The notes below the pieces were generated by a model that was not told the origin of the DNA, ran no database searches, and was given only the letters and a program-made list of their open reading frames with translations. Below are positions 9,658-19,092 of a DNA stretch of 64,000 nt, in pieces. Each line of letters opens with the position of its first letter. The first letter of the stretch is position 1. The position numbers were made by a program, and so were the translations under genes. The stretch spans positions 15,836-79,835 of the forward strand of contig CAMAKU010000001.1 in NCBI GenBank assembly GCA_945836255.1. The letters are read 5' to 3'. The stretch is from an uncultured Roseburia sp. (GTDB lineage: Bacteria > Bacillota > Clostridia > Lachnospirales > Lachnospiraceae).

Positions 9658-9686
9658 ATCATAGCGATTGTATTTTCCAATGTCAA
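9658..9686 (-). promoter_or_regulatory. sigma-A promoter of asnB-glnN-amt
   Basis: TTGACA-17-TATGAT. Confidence 0.75.
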
Positions 9687-9770
9687 CAAAAAATCAACGA
9701 TTTTTGACAATTTAGGAAAAACAACCCATTTTTTTGCTTCCTTTTGTCAGAATTTGTAAAAAATTCACAA

Positions 9771-11543
9771 TCAAAGACTATAACGCTGCTTGTACTCCTC
9801 ATACATGGCGCGGAATTCCGGTGTATTATTCTCCTTGAGGGTATCCAGATACTCGTGGGTATCATACACATCGTCCCGCATCTGAATCATGCAGACTGCC
9901 ACATTGGAGCAATGGTCGGACACACGCTCAAAGTTCGTCAGCAGATCTTCAAAAGCAACCGACAACGCGATGGTACACTTTCCTTTCTGCAAACGCTTGA
10001 TGTGATGTTTCTTCGCCTTGTCATTGATGCCGTCAATCACATCCTCCAACGGCTCTACATGCTTGGCAAGTTCATAGTCCTCCTGCGCAAACGCCCGCAT
10101 CGTCATTGCCACAATGTCGCGCAGCGCATTAATATATACCTGCAATTCTTCCCTGGCCTTCTCAGAAAACTCCAGTTCCTTCTTGTTCATATCCTGCGCC
10201 GTCTCACAGATATTCATGGCATGATCGGAAATCCGCTCAAAATTGCCGCTGCAATGCAGGATGGTAGAAATCGTCTGATTGTCCGCCACACTCAGGGGCT
10301 TAGCGCTAAGTTTAATCAGATACGTTCCCAGCATATCCTCAAACGTATCAATCTGGCTCTCCAGCGTTGCGACTTTACGCGCCTTTTTCTTATCGTATTC
10401 CTCCAACAACTGCGTGGACAGCATCAGAGATTCCTCGGTCAGTTCTGCCATCTTGCGGGCAACCTTCAGGCAATGCCCCACAGCGAATGCCGGCTTCTCC
10501 AGAAAACGTTCATCCAAGAGTGCCAGTTCTGACGGCAGCCCCTCCAGTTCATCCTCTTCGTCCTCTGCCGAATCACGAACCGTAAGCACTGCCAGTTTCT
10601 CCAGTCCCCGATGGAACGGAAGCAGACAAAGCGTGGCTGCCACATTAAACACACTATGAACCACAGCGATACCTGCCGCATTTGCTGCCGTATCCAAAAA
10701 TGCAAAATGCACGAATGCATTCAACGTATAGAAGACAATCATAAACAATACCGTACCTATGATATTAAAGTACAGATGCACACAGGCTGCTCGCTTGGCA
10801 TTCTTCTTTGCACCAATGGCCGAGATCAGTGCCGTAATACAGGTACCGATATTCTGTCCCATGATGATGGGAATCGCTGTTCCAAAAGTCACGCTGCCTG
10901 TGGCACAGAGTGCCTGCAAAATACCCACAGATGCAGAGGATGACTGAATCACCGCCGTCAGAACCGTACCGGCGAGCATACCTAAGAACGGGTTGGAGAA
11001 CATGGTCAGAATGCTGGTAAATTCCGGCACATCCGCCAGCGGCTTCACCGCATTCGACATGGTATCCATTCCAAACATCAGCACTGCAAATCCCAGCAGG
11101 ATGCGTCCGATATCGTGTTTCTTATCATCCTTGGTAAACAGCAGAAAAACGATTCCAATCAATGCCAATACCGGGCAGAACGATGTGGGCTTTAATAATT
11201 GCAGGAAAAAATTACTGCTTTCGATGCCCGACAGACTGATGACCCATGAAGTAATCGTAGTACCGATATTGGCACCCATGATAATGCCCACTGCCTGCGA
11301 CAGTTTCATAATACCGGAATTCACAAACCCTACCACCATGACTGTGGTCGCAGAAGATGACTGGATGACTGCCGTCACCGCTGCCCCCAGCAAAACACCC
11401 TTGATGGGTGTGGAGGTAAGTTTCTCCAGAATATGCTCTAACTTACCGCCTGCCGTCTTTGCCAGCCCATCGCCCATGGTATCCATTCCATATAAGAACA
11501 TGGCAAGTCCGCCAATCATTGATAACACGCTAAAAAAATCCAT
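9771..11543 (-). CDS. Na+/phosphate cotransporter family protein with PhoU-like C-terminal domains
   Basis: Two QSSS...GxNIGT repeats; ERISDH and ERVSDH PhoU-like motifs. Confidence 0.92.
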   Translation of the reverse strand: MDFFSVLSMIGGLAMFLYGMDTMGDGLAKTAGGKLEHILEKLTSTPIKGVLLGAAVTAVIQSSSATTVMVVGFVNSGIMKLSQAVGIIMGANIGTTITSWVISLSGIESSNFFLQLLKPTSFCPVLALIGIVFLLFTKDDKKHDIGRILLGFAVLMFGMDTMSNAVKPLADVPEFTSILTMFSNPFLGMLAGTVLTAVIQSSSASVGILQALCATGSVTFGTAIPIIMGQNIGTCITALISAIGAKKNAKRAACVHLYFNIIGTVLFMIVFYTLNAFVHFAFLDTAANAAGIAVVHSVFNVAATLCLLPFHRGLEKLAVLTVRDSAEDEEDELEGLPSELALLDERFLEKPAFAVGHCLKVARKMAELTEESLMLSTQLLEEYDKKKARKVATLESQIDTFEDMLGTYLIKLSAKPLSVADNQTISTILHCSGNFERISDHAMNICETAQDMNKKELEFSEKAREELQVYINALRDIVAMTMRAFAQEDYELAKHVEPLEDVIDGINDKAKKHHIKRLQKGKCTIALSVAFEDLLTNFERVSDHCSNVAVCMIQMRDDVYDTHEYLDTLKENNTPEFRAMYEEYKQRYSL

Positions 11544-11719
11544 CTTTTTTCTCCTCGTACCTTTATGTAATCAATAAAAGTATTTCTCTGACTCCCCATC
11601 TTGTAATGCCATTGCCTCATTCAATGCGCATACACATACACTGTATCGGATTTGTATGGGAAATTCAAGTAGAACGCCGGTAAAAATATATCTTTTTTTT
11701 ATTTTTTTCAAAAAAATGA

Positions 11720-11748
11720 TTGTCAAATGCAGCAAGATTATATATAAT
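11720..11748 (+). promoter_or_regulatory. sigma-A promoter of tRNA-Thr
   Basis: TTGTCA-17-TATAAT with an AT-rich upstream tract. Confidence 0.75.
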
Positions 11749-11757
11749 GAATTCGTT

Positions 11758-11830
11758 GCTCCGATAGCTCAGTTGGTAGAGCACTTCACTCGTAATGAAG
11801 GGGTCGTCAGTTCGAGTCTGATTCGGAGCT
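11758..11830 (+). tRNA. tRNA-Thr (anticodon CGT); CCA not encoded
   Basis: GCTCCGA/TCGGAGC acceptor stem, TAGCTCAGTTGGTAGAGC D arm, CTTCA-CTCGTAA-TGAAG anticodon arm, GTTCGAG T loop. Confidence 0.97.
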
Positions 11831-11864
11831 TTTTTCATTTGCGCATGTCAGAATCGGAGGATTT

Positions 11865-12782
11865 ATGACATACGAATCATTTAAACAAGAGCTCATCCAA
11901 ATGCTCAGTGTTCATCTTTCTGCGGATACCTCTTTTCAGGTACAGCAGATTCTCAAGAACAACGGCCTACGGCTGGACGGTTTATCCATATCTACCCCGG
12001 AGGTCAACATTTCCCCAACGATTTACTTGAATTATTATTATGAGCAGTATCAAAGCGGCACCTCTTTGGACTCCATTGCCGACAAAATACTTGCATGCTA
12101 CCACCGTTATCGTATGGAGGAAAGCATCGATTTGTCTTTTTTTGAGAATTTTAAAACGGTACGTGAGCGTATCATCTACAAACTGGTCAATCTCAAACAG
12201 AACGAAGCCTTGCTTGCCGAGATTCCTTTTGTGCCCTATCTGGATCTTGCTATCGTCTTCTGCTATCATCTCGACCATCCCGCAACCGATGCCAAGGACG
12301 AAGCGATTACCAACGCTTCCATTCTGATCCGCAACTCCCATCTGGACTACTGGCACATTACGCTGACAGAATTACTTACTGCCGCCAGACACAACACACC
12401 TCATCTGTTACAGCCTACCTTCTGTCCTCTGACCCAGATGCTTGCCCAAATGCAACTGCCGGATATGGAAGATATGGATCTTGCGGAACAACTACCGGAT
12501 TATCCCCTTTATCTTCTGACGAACCGACGTCAATTTCTCGGTGCCGCCACCATCCTCTATCATGGTCTGCTGAAAAAATGTGCCGACGAACTACAAAGCG
12601 ATCTTTTGATTCTTCCCAGCAGTATCCATGAAGTTCTGCTTCTGCCCTATGATGGTAACCAGTCTCTGGAAGAATGTTCCCGAATTGTCTGTCAGGTCAA
12701 TGAGGACAGTGTCTCCCCAGAGGAAATTCTGTCTGATCACGTCTATCTCTTTGACCGCAGAACCAATCAGATTCATTATTAA
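11865..12782 (+). CDS. DUF5688-like hypothetical protein
   Basis: KNNGLRLDGL, SPTIYL, LDLAIVF, LTN...GA, ILPSSIHEVL and LSDHVY motifs as recalled for DUF5688. Confidence 0.75.
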   Translation: MTYESFKQELIQMLSVHLSADTSFQVQQILKNNGLRLDGLSISTPEVNISPTIYLNYYYEQYQSGTSLDSIADKILACYHRYRMEESIDLSFFENFKTVRERIIYKLVNLKQNEALLAEIPFVPYLDLAIVFCYHLDHPATDAKDEAITNASILIRNSHLDYWHITLTELLTAARHNTPHLLQPTFCPLTQMLAQMQLPDMEDMDLAEQLPDYPLYLLTNRRQFLGAATILYHGLLKKCADELQSDLLILPSSIHEVLLLPYDGNQSLEECSRIVCQVNEDSVSPEEILSDHVYLFDRRTNQIHY

Positions 12783-12814
12783 GATAAACTTCCCTTTTCC
12801 TCGTCACCTTAACA

Positions 12815-12881
12815 AAAAGAGCATATTCTCCGAAAACAACCTGTGAAGCACAGGTGTTTTCGCGGGAAAATGCTCTCTTTT
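12815..12881. terminator. Bidirectional terminator between convergent genes
   Basis: AAGAGCAT...CGAAAACA-CCTGTG-aag-CACAGG-TGTTTTCG...ATGCTCT long imperfect hairpin flanked by A and T tracts. Confidence 0.75.
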
Positions 12882-13665
12882 AACGTAATTTATAATCCAG
12901 CCTTATCTTGTCGGTAATCAGGGCAATGAACTCCGAATTAGTGGGTTTGCCTTTGCCATGATTGATGGTATACCCGAACAAATCATCAATGGTATCCATT
13001 CTTCCTCTGCTCCATGCCACTTCAATGGCATGTCGGATTGCCCGTTCCACGCGACTTGTAGTGGTATCATATTTCTTGGCAATGGTGGGATATAACACCT
13101 TGGTGATGGAATTTAACATCTCCATGTCCAGTACGGACATCACAATGGCATCCCGTAGATATTGATACCCTTTGATATGTGCCGGCACGCCGATTTCATG
13201 TATGATATTGGTGACATCTGCTTCCAGTGTCGCTTCACTTTTGTCAACAGGACCGACAATGGCATCTTTTGTCTTCACGAACACACCGGGTCGGCGTGTC
13301 TTTTTGATTCTCTGTATAATCGTATCTTTGTCGAAGGGCTTCATAATGAAATAATCTGCCCCTAGTGCAAATGCATCTTCTGTAACCTGCTGTTGCCCCA
13401 CAGCACTTACCATGATAAAATTCGGTACCTTTTTAATCGACGAATCCCGATTCACTTTGTCCAAAACACCCAGTCCGTCCATTTTGGGCATCACGATATC
13501 GAGTAGTACGACATCCGGTTCCTTCTCCTTAATCATCCGGTATGCTTCTTCTCCGTCTTTTGCAGTTCCAACTACTGAAAGTTCTTCATCAGATTGTACG
13601 ATGGTGTCCAGCAGCTGCAGCATGAGATCGTTGTCATCTGCAATCGCTACATTTAGTTTGTCCAT
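12880..13665 (-). CDS. spo0A: Sporulation master regulator Spo0A
   Basis: Receiver domain ([11 protein letters not shown]) plus [13 protein letters not shown]...[12 protein letters not shown]...KPTNSEFIA. Confidence 0.98.
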   Translation of the reverse strand: MDKLNVAIADDNDLMLQLLDTIVQSDEELSVVGTAKDGEEAYRMIKEKEPDVVLLDIVMPKMDGLGVLDKVNRDSSIKKVPNFIMVSAVGQQQVTEDAFALGADYFIMKPFDKDTIIQRIKKTRRPGVFVKTKDAIVGPVDKSEATLEADVTNIIHEIGVPAHIKGYQYLRDAIVMSVLDMEMLNSITKVLYPTIAKKYDTTTSRVERAIRHAIEVAWSRGRMDTIDDLFGYTINHGKGKPTNSEFIALITDKIRLDYKLR

Positions 13666-13802
13666 ACCATCCTCCTGCTTTCTATAAAATAGGTAACTAT
13701 CCTGCGTATCCGAACAAATGCCCGAAATCGCAAATAGTCCCGAAATGAAGACACACCCCGAGCGTCTTCGCACCCATTATTCAGCATAAAACGAATATAT
13801 GC

Positions 13803-13809
13803 TGTCGAA
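13803..13809. promoter_or_regulatory. Spo0A box upstream of spo0A
   Basis: TGTCGAA matches TGNCGAA. Confidence 0.6.
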
Positions 13810-13865
13810 AGCGGTCGCAAAAATATGGTTTTCATCCTATGAATCTGGCTGCCACCCATCATGGG

Positions 13866-15080
13866 TTACGGCTCTAACATGGATTCAATAAAGATTCCGT
13901 AGCCTTTGGTCGGATCATTCACAAAGACATGGGTAACGGCACCAATCAACTTCCCATTCTGTATAATGGGGGAACCGCTCATTCCCTGAACGATACCTCC
14001 CATCTGGTCGATGAGACTCTTTTCTGTGACATGAAAAACGAAAGACTTGTTCGCCTCCTTGGGATCATAATCAATCTGATCAATCATAATCTGATAGGAC
14101 GCCACCTGCCCCTCCTCTCCAAAAAGAATGGTTGCAGAGTCCCGCTGAATCTCCTGCTTGTAGGCAATGGGATATTCCTGCCCCTGAAACGATGCCATGG
14201 CAACACTGTTCAATTCACCAAAAATTCCTACAGATGTATTCCGTTTCACATCTCCCAGACGGGTGGAATTGCCATAGGAGATTAAGCCGGTAATCTCCCC
14301 GGGAGAACCAATACTACTGGGGGTCACCCCCATAATGTCCGTCTCATAGAGGCAGCCATGCCCCATACGCAGCAGATCTCCTGTGGAGGAATCACTGATT
14401 CCGTGTCCCAGCGCGCCATAGGTCCCGTCCTCTTTCATATAAGTCAGGGTTCCCACACCGGCAATATCATCTTTAACCCACACCCCCAGTTTATAAGCCC
14501 CATCCGTGGTCTGTACCGGCTGCACCTGTACATCCATGGTCTGCTCATTCCGTTGTACCGTCAGCACCAGCGATGCCCCACTACATTGCTCGATCTTACG
14601 CTGTAACTGTTCTTTGGATGTGATTTCACTGCCATCCACCGCCACAATGTAATCGCCTTCCTGCAAAATGTAATTGCACGGATTGACGGTATTCCCTTCC
14701 TGATCCGTCAACTCTTTGATGCCCACCACATAGACATGTTTCATCTTGAGATAAATACCCACCGGCTGTCCCACAGCTGTAACACTTTGTTCTTCGGCTT
14801 TCGTCGCCTGAATGGACGCAATAGGAATAACGCCAAAAAGTTTGCACTGATAGGTTTGTATCGTCCCCTTAGCATCGCTGGCCTTATCGGTTGCCAGCAC
14901 CTGCTTTTGATGGGAGGCTTCTATGGTGACCGGCGCATCAACAGTCCAGTCAGCGGCATCTCCCGCGACAGTAATCTCTGTTGGAATATAAGAAAGCAGC
15001 ATGAGATAACAGGAAACCATATAAATAACGCCATAAAAAAATGCCATATGTTTTCTATTCTTCTGATACCATGCCAGCAT
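13866..15080 (-). CDS. spoIVB: SpoIVB serine peptidase (S55) with PDZ domain
   Basis: GTLT, GALGHGISD and GGIVQGMSGSPIIQNGKLIGAVTHVFVNDPTKGYG. Confidence 0.95.
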   Translation of the reverse strand: MLAWYQKNRKHMAFFYGVIYMVSCYLMLLSYIPTEITVAGDAADWTVDAPVTIEASHQKQVLATDKASDAKGTIQTYQCKLFGVIPIASIQATKAEEQSVTAVGQPVGIYLKMKHVYVVGIKELTDQEGNTVNPCNYILQEGDYIVAVDGSEITSKEQLQRKIEQCSGASLVLTVQRNEQTMDVQVQPVQTTDGAYKLGVWVKDDIAGVGTLTYMKEDGTYGALGHGISDSSTGDLLRMGHGCLYETDIMGVTPSSIGSPGEITGLISYGNSTRLGDVKRNTSVGIFGELNSVAMASFQGQEYPIAYKQEIQRDSATILFGEEGQVASYQIMIDQIDYDPKEANKSFVFHVTEKSLIDQMGGIVQGMSGSPIIQNGKLIGAVTHVFVNDPTKGYGIFIESMLEP

Positions 15081-15140
15081 AAAAAATCACCCCATTTTCT
15101 CCTTCCCTTTTTCGTGACCATTTTCCGCGTTACATCAAAG

Positions 15141-15167
15141 AAAAAAGGAAGGACTTTGTCCTTCCTT
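15141..15167 (-). terminator. Terminator after recN
   Basis: AAGGAAGGAC-aaa-GTCCTTCCTTTTTT. Confidence 0.8.
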
Positions 15168-15196
15168 TAGTATGCTTGTTTCTGTTTATTTTAAAC
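15168..15196 (-). promoter_or_regulatory. sigma-F/sigma-G forespore promoter of spoIVB
   Basis: GTTTA-17-CATACTA. Confidence 0.65.
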
Positions 15197-16867
15197 ATTT
15201 TTTTGCTGCATGGCCAAATCCTTCATTTCTTTGGCATTATCATATACCGCCTGCGTAATCTGCGCACCGCCCAGCATCCGCGCCAGTTCTTTCACACTGT
15301 CATGATAAGACAAGGCCTGAATCGTAGAAATGGTTTCCTCGCCCCGCACTTCTTTTTCAATGAGGTAATGTTGATCTGCCATGGCTGCAATCTGCGGCAA
15401 ATGGGTGATGCAGATTACCTGATGCGTTTTGGCAACCACACTTAGTTTTTCCGACACCGCCTGCGCCGTCCGTCCACTGATACCGGCATCAATCTCGTCA
15501 AAGATCAGCGTATCAATGTCATCGTGCTCTGCCAGCACCGTCTTGATGGCTAGCATAATACGTGACAGTTCACCGCCGGATGCAATATCTTTCAACGGTC
15601 GCAGCGGTTCTCCCGGATTCGTACGAATCATAAATTCTGCATCATCAAAGCCTTCCGCTGTCACATGATCCAGTTCCCGGAACTCCATGGTAAACGCAAC
15701 ATCCAAAAAATTCAAATCTGTCAACGCCATCTCCACCTGTCGTACCAATTCCTCCCCACAGGTCTTACGGACGGCTGACAACTGCGCTGCCTGTTCATAA
15801 GCCGCCTGTCTGCTGGTTTCCAATTCCTGCTTTAATCCGGCGAGATATTGTTCAAAACTCTGTAGTTTTTCCAGACGCTCCTGCTTCTGCGTGCAAGTCT
15901 GCATAATCTCCGGGATGGTCGCCCCATATTTATCCTTTAGGCGGTTAATCACATTCAGTCGATCGGACACCTCCAGAAAGACCTGTTCATCAAACTCCGC
16001 CTCTGTCATATATTGGCTGAGATCACGGTTAAAATCACTGAGCAGACTGTCAATGTCATTGAGACTGTCTAACATGGGTTGCAACGTATCGTCATAAATG
16101 CTGACTTGATTCATTTCGCGAATAGCGCGGCCAATCTGTTCGGAAGCCCCCTGCGAACTGCTGGTCTGGCGATAGGCTTCTCCCAGCGACTCCATAATCT
16201 TCTTGCTGTTGCTGAGTCTGCGGTATTCCTGCTCCAGCCGTTCATCCTCGCCTTCCTGCAGACGAGCCTCTGTTATCTCCTGAATCTCATGTGCCAGAAA
16301 AAGCATCTCCCGCTCTCGCTTGGCATCATCCAAATCTGCCTCGTCCCATTCCCGCTGTTTTGCCATAAACGCCTGATACTTCTGCTTCATGGATTCCTTA
16401 TAAGGCATCACACGTTCCTTGGCGTATTCGTCCAACAACTCCATATGCTTGCGCTTATGTAGCAAGGATTGATGGTCGTGCTGTCCATGGATGTCCAGAA
16501 AAATATCTCCTACCTGTTTCATCCGTACCGCCGGAACCATCTCTCCGTTAATCTTGGCCACACTTCGATTCTCTGTAATCTTGCGACTTAAAATCACCTG
16601 ATCGTCATACGCTTCGATCTCCAGTTCGGCCAGTCGGTCCCGCTGCGTCTGAGTGGTGACCGTAAACACCACCTCTACCAGTCCCTCTTTGCCGTTATCA
16701 CGAAGCATCTCCTTGGACACTTTTCCACCCAGTGCCAGATCCAACGCTCCAAGAATCATTGATTTACCGGCACCGGTCTCTCCCGATAGGACATGCAGTC
16801 CTTCCAGAAAAGTAATGTCTTCCTCTTCAATGAGTGCAAGGTTCTTTACGTGTAAATTCTCCAGCAT
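15191..16867 (-). CDS. recN: DNA repair protein RecN
   Basis: GETGAGKS, IHGQHDHQ, ASGGELSRIMLA, IFDEID, ITHLPQIAA. Confidence 0.97.
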   Translation of the reverse strand: MLENLHVKNLALIEEEDITFLEGLHVLSGETGAGKSMILGALDLALGGKVSKEMLRDNGKEGLVEVVFTVTTQTQRDRLAELEIEAYDDQVILSRKITENRSVAKINGEMVPAVRMKQVGDIFLDIHGQHDHQSLLHKRKHMELLDEYAKERVMPYKESMKQKYQAFMAKQREWDEADLDDAKREREMLFLAHEIQEITEARLQEGEDERLEQEYRRLSNSKKIMESLGEAYRQTSSSQGASEQIGRAIREMNQVSIYDDTLQPMLDSLNDIDSLLSDFNRDLSQYMTEAEFDEQVFLEVSDRLNVINRLKDKYGATIPEIMQTCTQKQERLEKLQSFEQYLAGLKQELETSRQAAYEQAAQLSAVRKTCGEELVRQVEMALTDLNFLDVAFTMEFRELDHVTAEGFDDAEFMIRTNPGEPLRPLKDIASGGELSRIMLAIKTVLAEHDDIDTLIFDEIDAGISGRTAQAVSEKLSVVAKTHQVICITHLPQIAAMADQHYLIEKEVRGEETISTIQALSYHDSVKELARMLGGAQITQAVYDNAKEMKDLAMQQKNV

Positions 16868-16891
16868 ACCTGCTCCTTTCACTCTTCTTCG

Positions 16892-17353
16892 TCACATGAT
16901 ATCCTGCTCTAAAATCTTACGAAGTCTTCCCATAATCAATATCGTGTCATCCACACTGCGGACGGCACACATAATCGTGTCATCCCCTGCAATACTGCCC
17001 ACAATTTCCGGCAGTTCCATGTGGTCAAGTGCCGCCGCCACTGCCATCGCCATACCGGAGACGGTCTTAATCACAAGAATGTTCTGTGCATTATCCATGG
17101 ACACAAAACCATCACGAAAGATCCGATGATATTTCTCGGACAACTTCTCCTCCGTCTTTCGATACGCTACATAACGGAGTTTACCATCACTCATGGCCAC
17201 TTTGGTCAATTTCATTTCACGGATATCCCGTGAGATAGTAGCCTGCGTCGCCACAAAGCCGGCACGCTCCAATTCCATCGTCAGTTCTTCCTGTGTCCCG
17301 ATTTCTTTTTTTACAATCAGATCTAATATCTTTGCCTGACGCTCTGCTTTCAT
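16892..17353 (-). CDS. argR: Arginine repressor
   Basis: TQEEL, TQATISRDI, GSIAGDDTI. Confidence 0.96.
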   Translation of the reverse strand: MKAERQAKILDLIVKKEIGTQEELTMELERAGFVATQATISRDIREMKLTKVAMSDGKLRYVAYRKTEEKLSEKYHRIFRDGFVSMDNAQNILVIKTVSGMAMAVAAALDHMELPEIVGSIAGDDTIMCAVRSVDDTILIMGRLRKILEQDIM

Positions 17354-17429
17354 ACCCTGTACACCCTCTAGTCTCATGATTACCTCTCTCCCCATCACCG
17401 GTCAACCCGGATTGCATGATTACGCACAC

Positions 17430-18278
17430 CTAATCCGCCTGCATCTTTGTCCGGATACGATCCAGAAAACTGATATCACGCAAATGAATCATCTTCGTGG
17501 TCTCCTTTGCGCGGTGTACTACCAGTTTTTCACCGGGATACAGAAAACGCTTATGGTTCCCGTCAAAACTAATCTCCGCTTCCTCGACTCCATCATCCTT
17601 GCGGGATTCAATCTCCAGCACGAGTTCGTCATATGGGTCCAGCACAATGCTTCGCGCATTCAGTGTATGGGGATTGATTGGCGTCAAAAGGATGAGATTC
17701 GTCTTGGGGTCAACAATAGGACCATTGGCTGAAAGATTGTATGCCGTAGAACCCGTAGGCGTAGAAAAAATAATCCCATCGCAATTATAGGCATACAGAT
17801 ACTGACCATTGACATAGACCACAACACGTATCACTTTCAAACCGGCACTGGAACACAACACAATATCATTGAGTGCCTGAATCTCTTTACCTGCATGTCC
17901 ATCCTCATGAATAATCCTGCCGGACAGCATCATCCGTTCCTCCACCGAATAGTCATCTGCCAACAGACTGTCCAGCGCATCAAAAACGGAATCATTATCC
18001 AAGTCGCACAGATACCCCAGATGACCGCGATTAATTCCGATCATAGGAATATTCTTGCCAAAAATATTCTGTGCCGCACGAATCAATGTGCCGTCGCCGC
18101 CCAGAACCAGAATGGCTTCTGTCCCCTCCGGCACCACAAGATCCTCTTCCAACGCATCATCCGGATTAATACCGTAGGAACACACACCGCCTTTTAACCG
18201 GATATAATCCGAAATCTGCCGGATAAAGGCCAACGTCTCTTCTTTATCTTCTCTCGCAACAACAAAAAAATGCTTCAT
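17430..18278 (-). CDS. nadK: NAD(+) kinase
   Basis: GGDGT, GINRGHLGYL, STPTGSTAYNLSANGP. Confidence 0.95.
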   Translation of the reverse strand: MKHFFVVAREDKEETLAFIRQISDYIRLKGGVCSYGINPDDALEEDLVVPEGTEAILVLGGDGTLIRAAQNIFGKNIPMIGINRGHLGYLCDLDNDSVFDALDSLLADDYSVEERMMLSGRIIHEDGHAGKEIQALNDIVLCSSAGLKVIRVVVYVNGQYLYAYNCDGIIFSTPTGSTAYNLSANGPIVDPKTNLILLTPINPHTLNARSIVLDPYDELVLEIESRKDDGVEEAEISFDGNHKRFLYPGEKLVVHRAKETTKMIHLRDISFLDRIRTKMQAD

Positions 18279-18280
18279 AC

Positions 18281-19084
18281 TCACTTATCCAACGATGCAT
18301 GTGCCGCTGTAACCACATCGCCAATTGCCATCGTCTCCTCACTTTCTGCGTTTCCGGTCTTTTGCAGATGAACCAGATATTCGATATTGCCCTCCGGTCC
18401 TTTGATGGGCGAATAATCCAAATGAAGCACAGTAAAGCCGATAGACTGCGCAAAAGCAATTACGCGCTCAATCACCTCCCGGTGGACCTGCGGATCCCGC
18501 ACCACGCCCTTTTTGCCCACTTTATCTTTGCCCGCCTCAAACTGCGGCTTAATCAGACATACCATCTGCCCATCCTCACGAAGTAGCCGGCTTGCCGGTT
18601 CTAAGACCTTTGTCAGCGAAATAAAAGACACATCCACAGACGCGAAATCCAACACATCCTGGATATCTTCCGGTGTCACATAGCGAATATTCGTCTTTTC
18701 CATACAGACGACACGTTCATCCTGCCGCAATTTCCATGCGAATTGTCCGTATCCTACATCCACTGCATAGACCTTACTGGCACCGTTTTGCAACATACAG
18801 TCCGTAAAACCTCCGGTAGAAGCGCCGATATCCATACAGATCTTCCCCTCCAGTGTAATGTCGAACTGCTGCATTGCTTTTTCCAGTTTCAAACCACCGC
18901 GGCTGACATAGCGCAGCGTCTGCCCCCGCACCTCAATTGCCGCTTCCGTATCAAAAAAAGTACCTGCCTTATCCTCCCGCTCATTGTCCACAAACACATG
19001 TCCCTCCATGATCATGGTCTTTGCCTTTTCCCGGGAAGTCGCCAGCCCTCTTTGTACCAATAAAACATCCAAACGTTCTTTCAT
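18281..19084 (-). CDS. tlyA: TlyA family rRNA 2'-O-methyltransferase
   Basis: S4 domain, YVSRGGLKL, DIGASTGGFTD, LIKPQFE, GNIEY. Confidence 0.96.
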   Translation of the reverse strand: MKERLDVLLVQRGLATSREKAKTMIMEGHVFVDNEREDKAGTFFDTEAAIEVRGQTLRYVSRGGLKLEKAMQQFDITLEGKICMDIGASTGGFTDCMLQNGASKVYAVDVGYGQFAWKLRQDERVVCMEKTNIRYVTPEDIQDVLDFASVDVSFISLTKVLEPASRLLREDGQMVCLIKPQFEAGKDKVGKKGVVRDPQVHREVIERVIAFAQSIGFTVLHLDYSPIKGPEGNIEYLVHLQKTGNAESEETMAIGDVVTAAHASLDK

Positions 19085-19092
19085 CTTACATC

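Noticed and set aside
11605-11616. Fourth ANTAR-like motif (GGCAATGGCATT, minus strand) upstream of the Na/Pi cotransporter
   Set aside because: The closing pair would be C-A and no overlapping terminator follows
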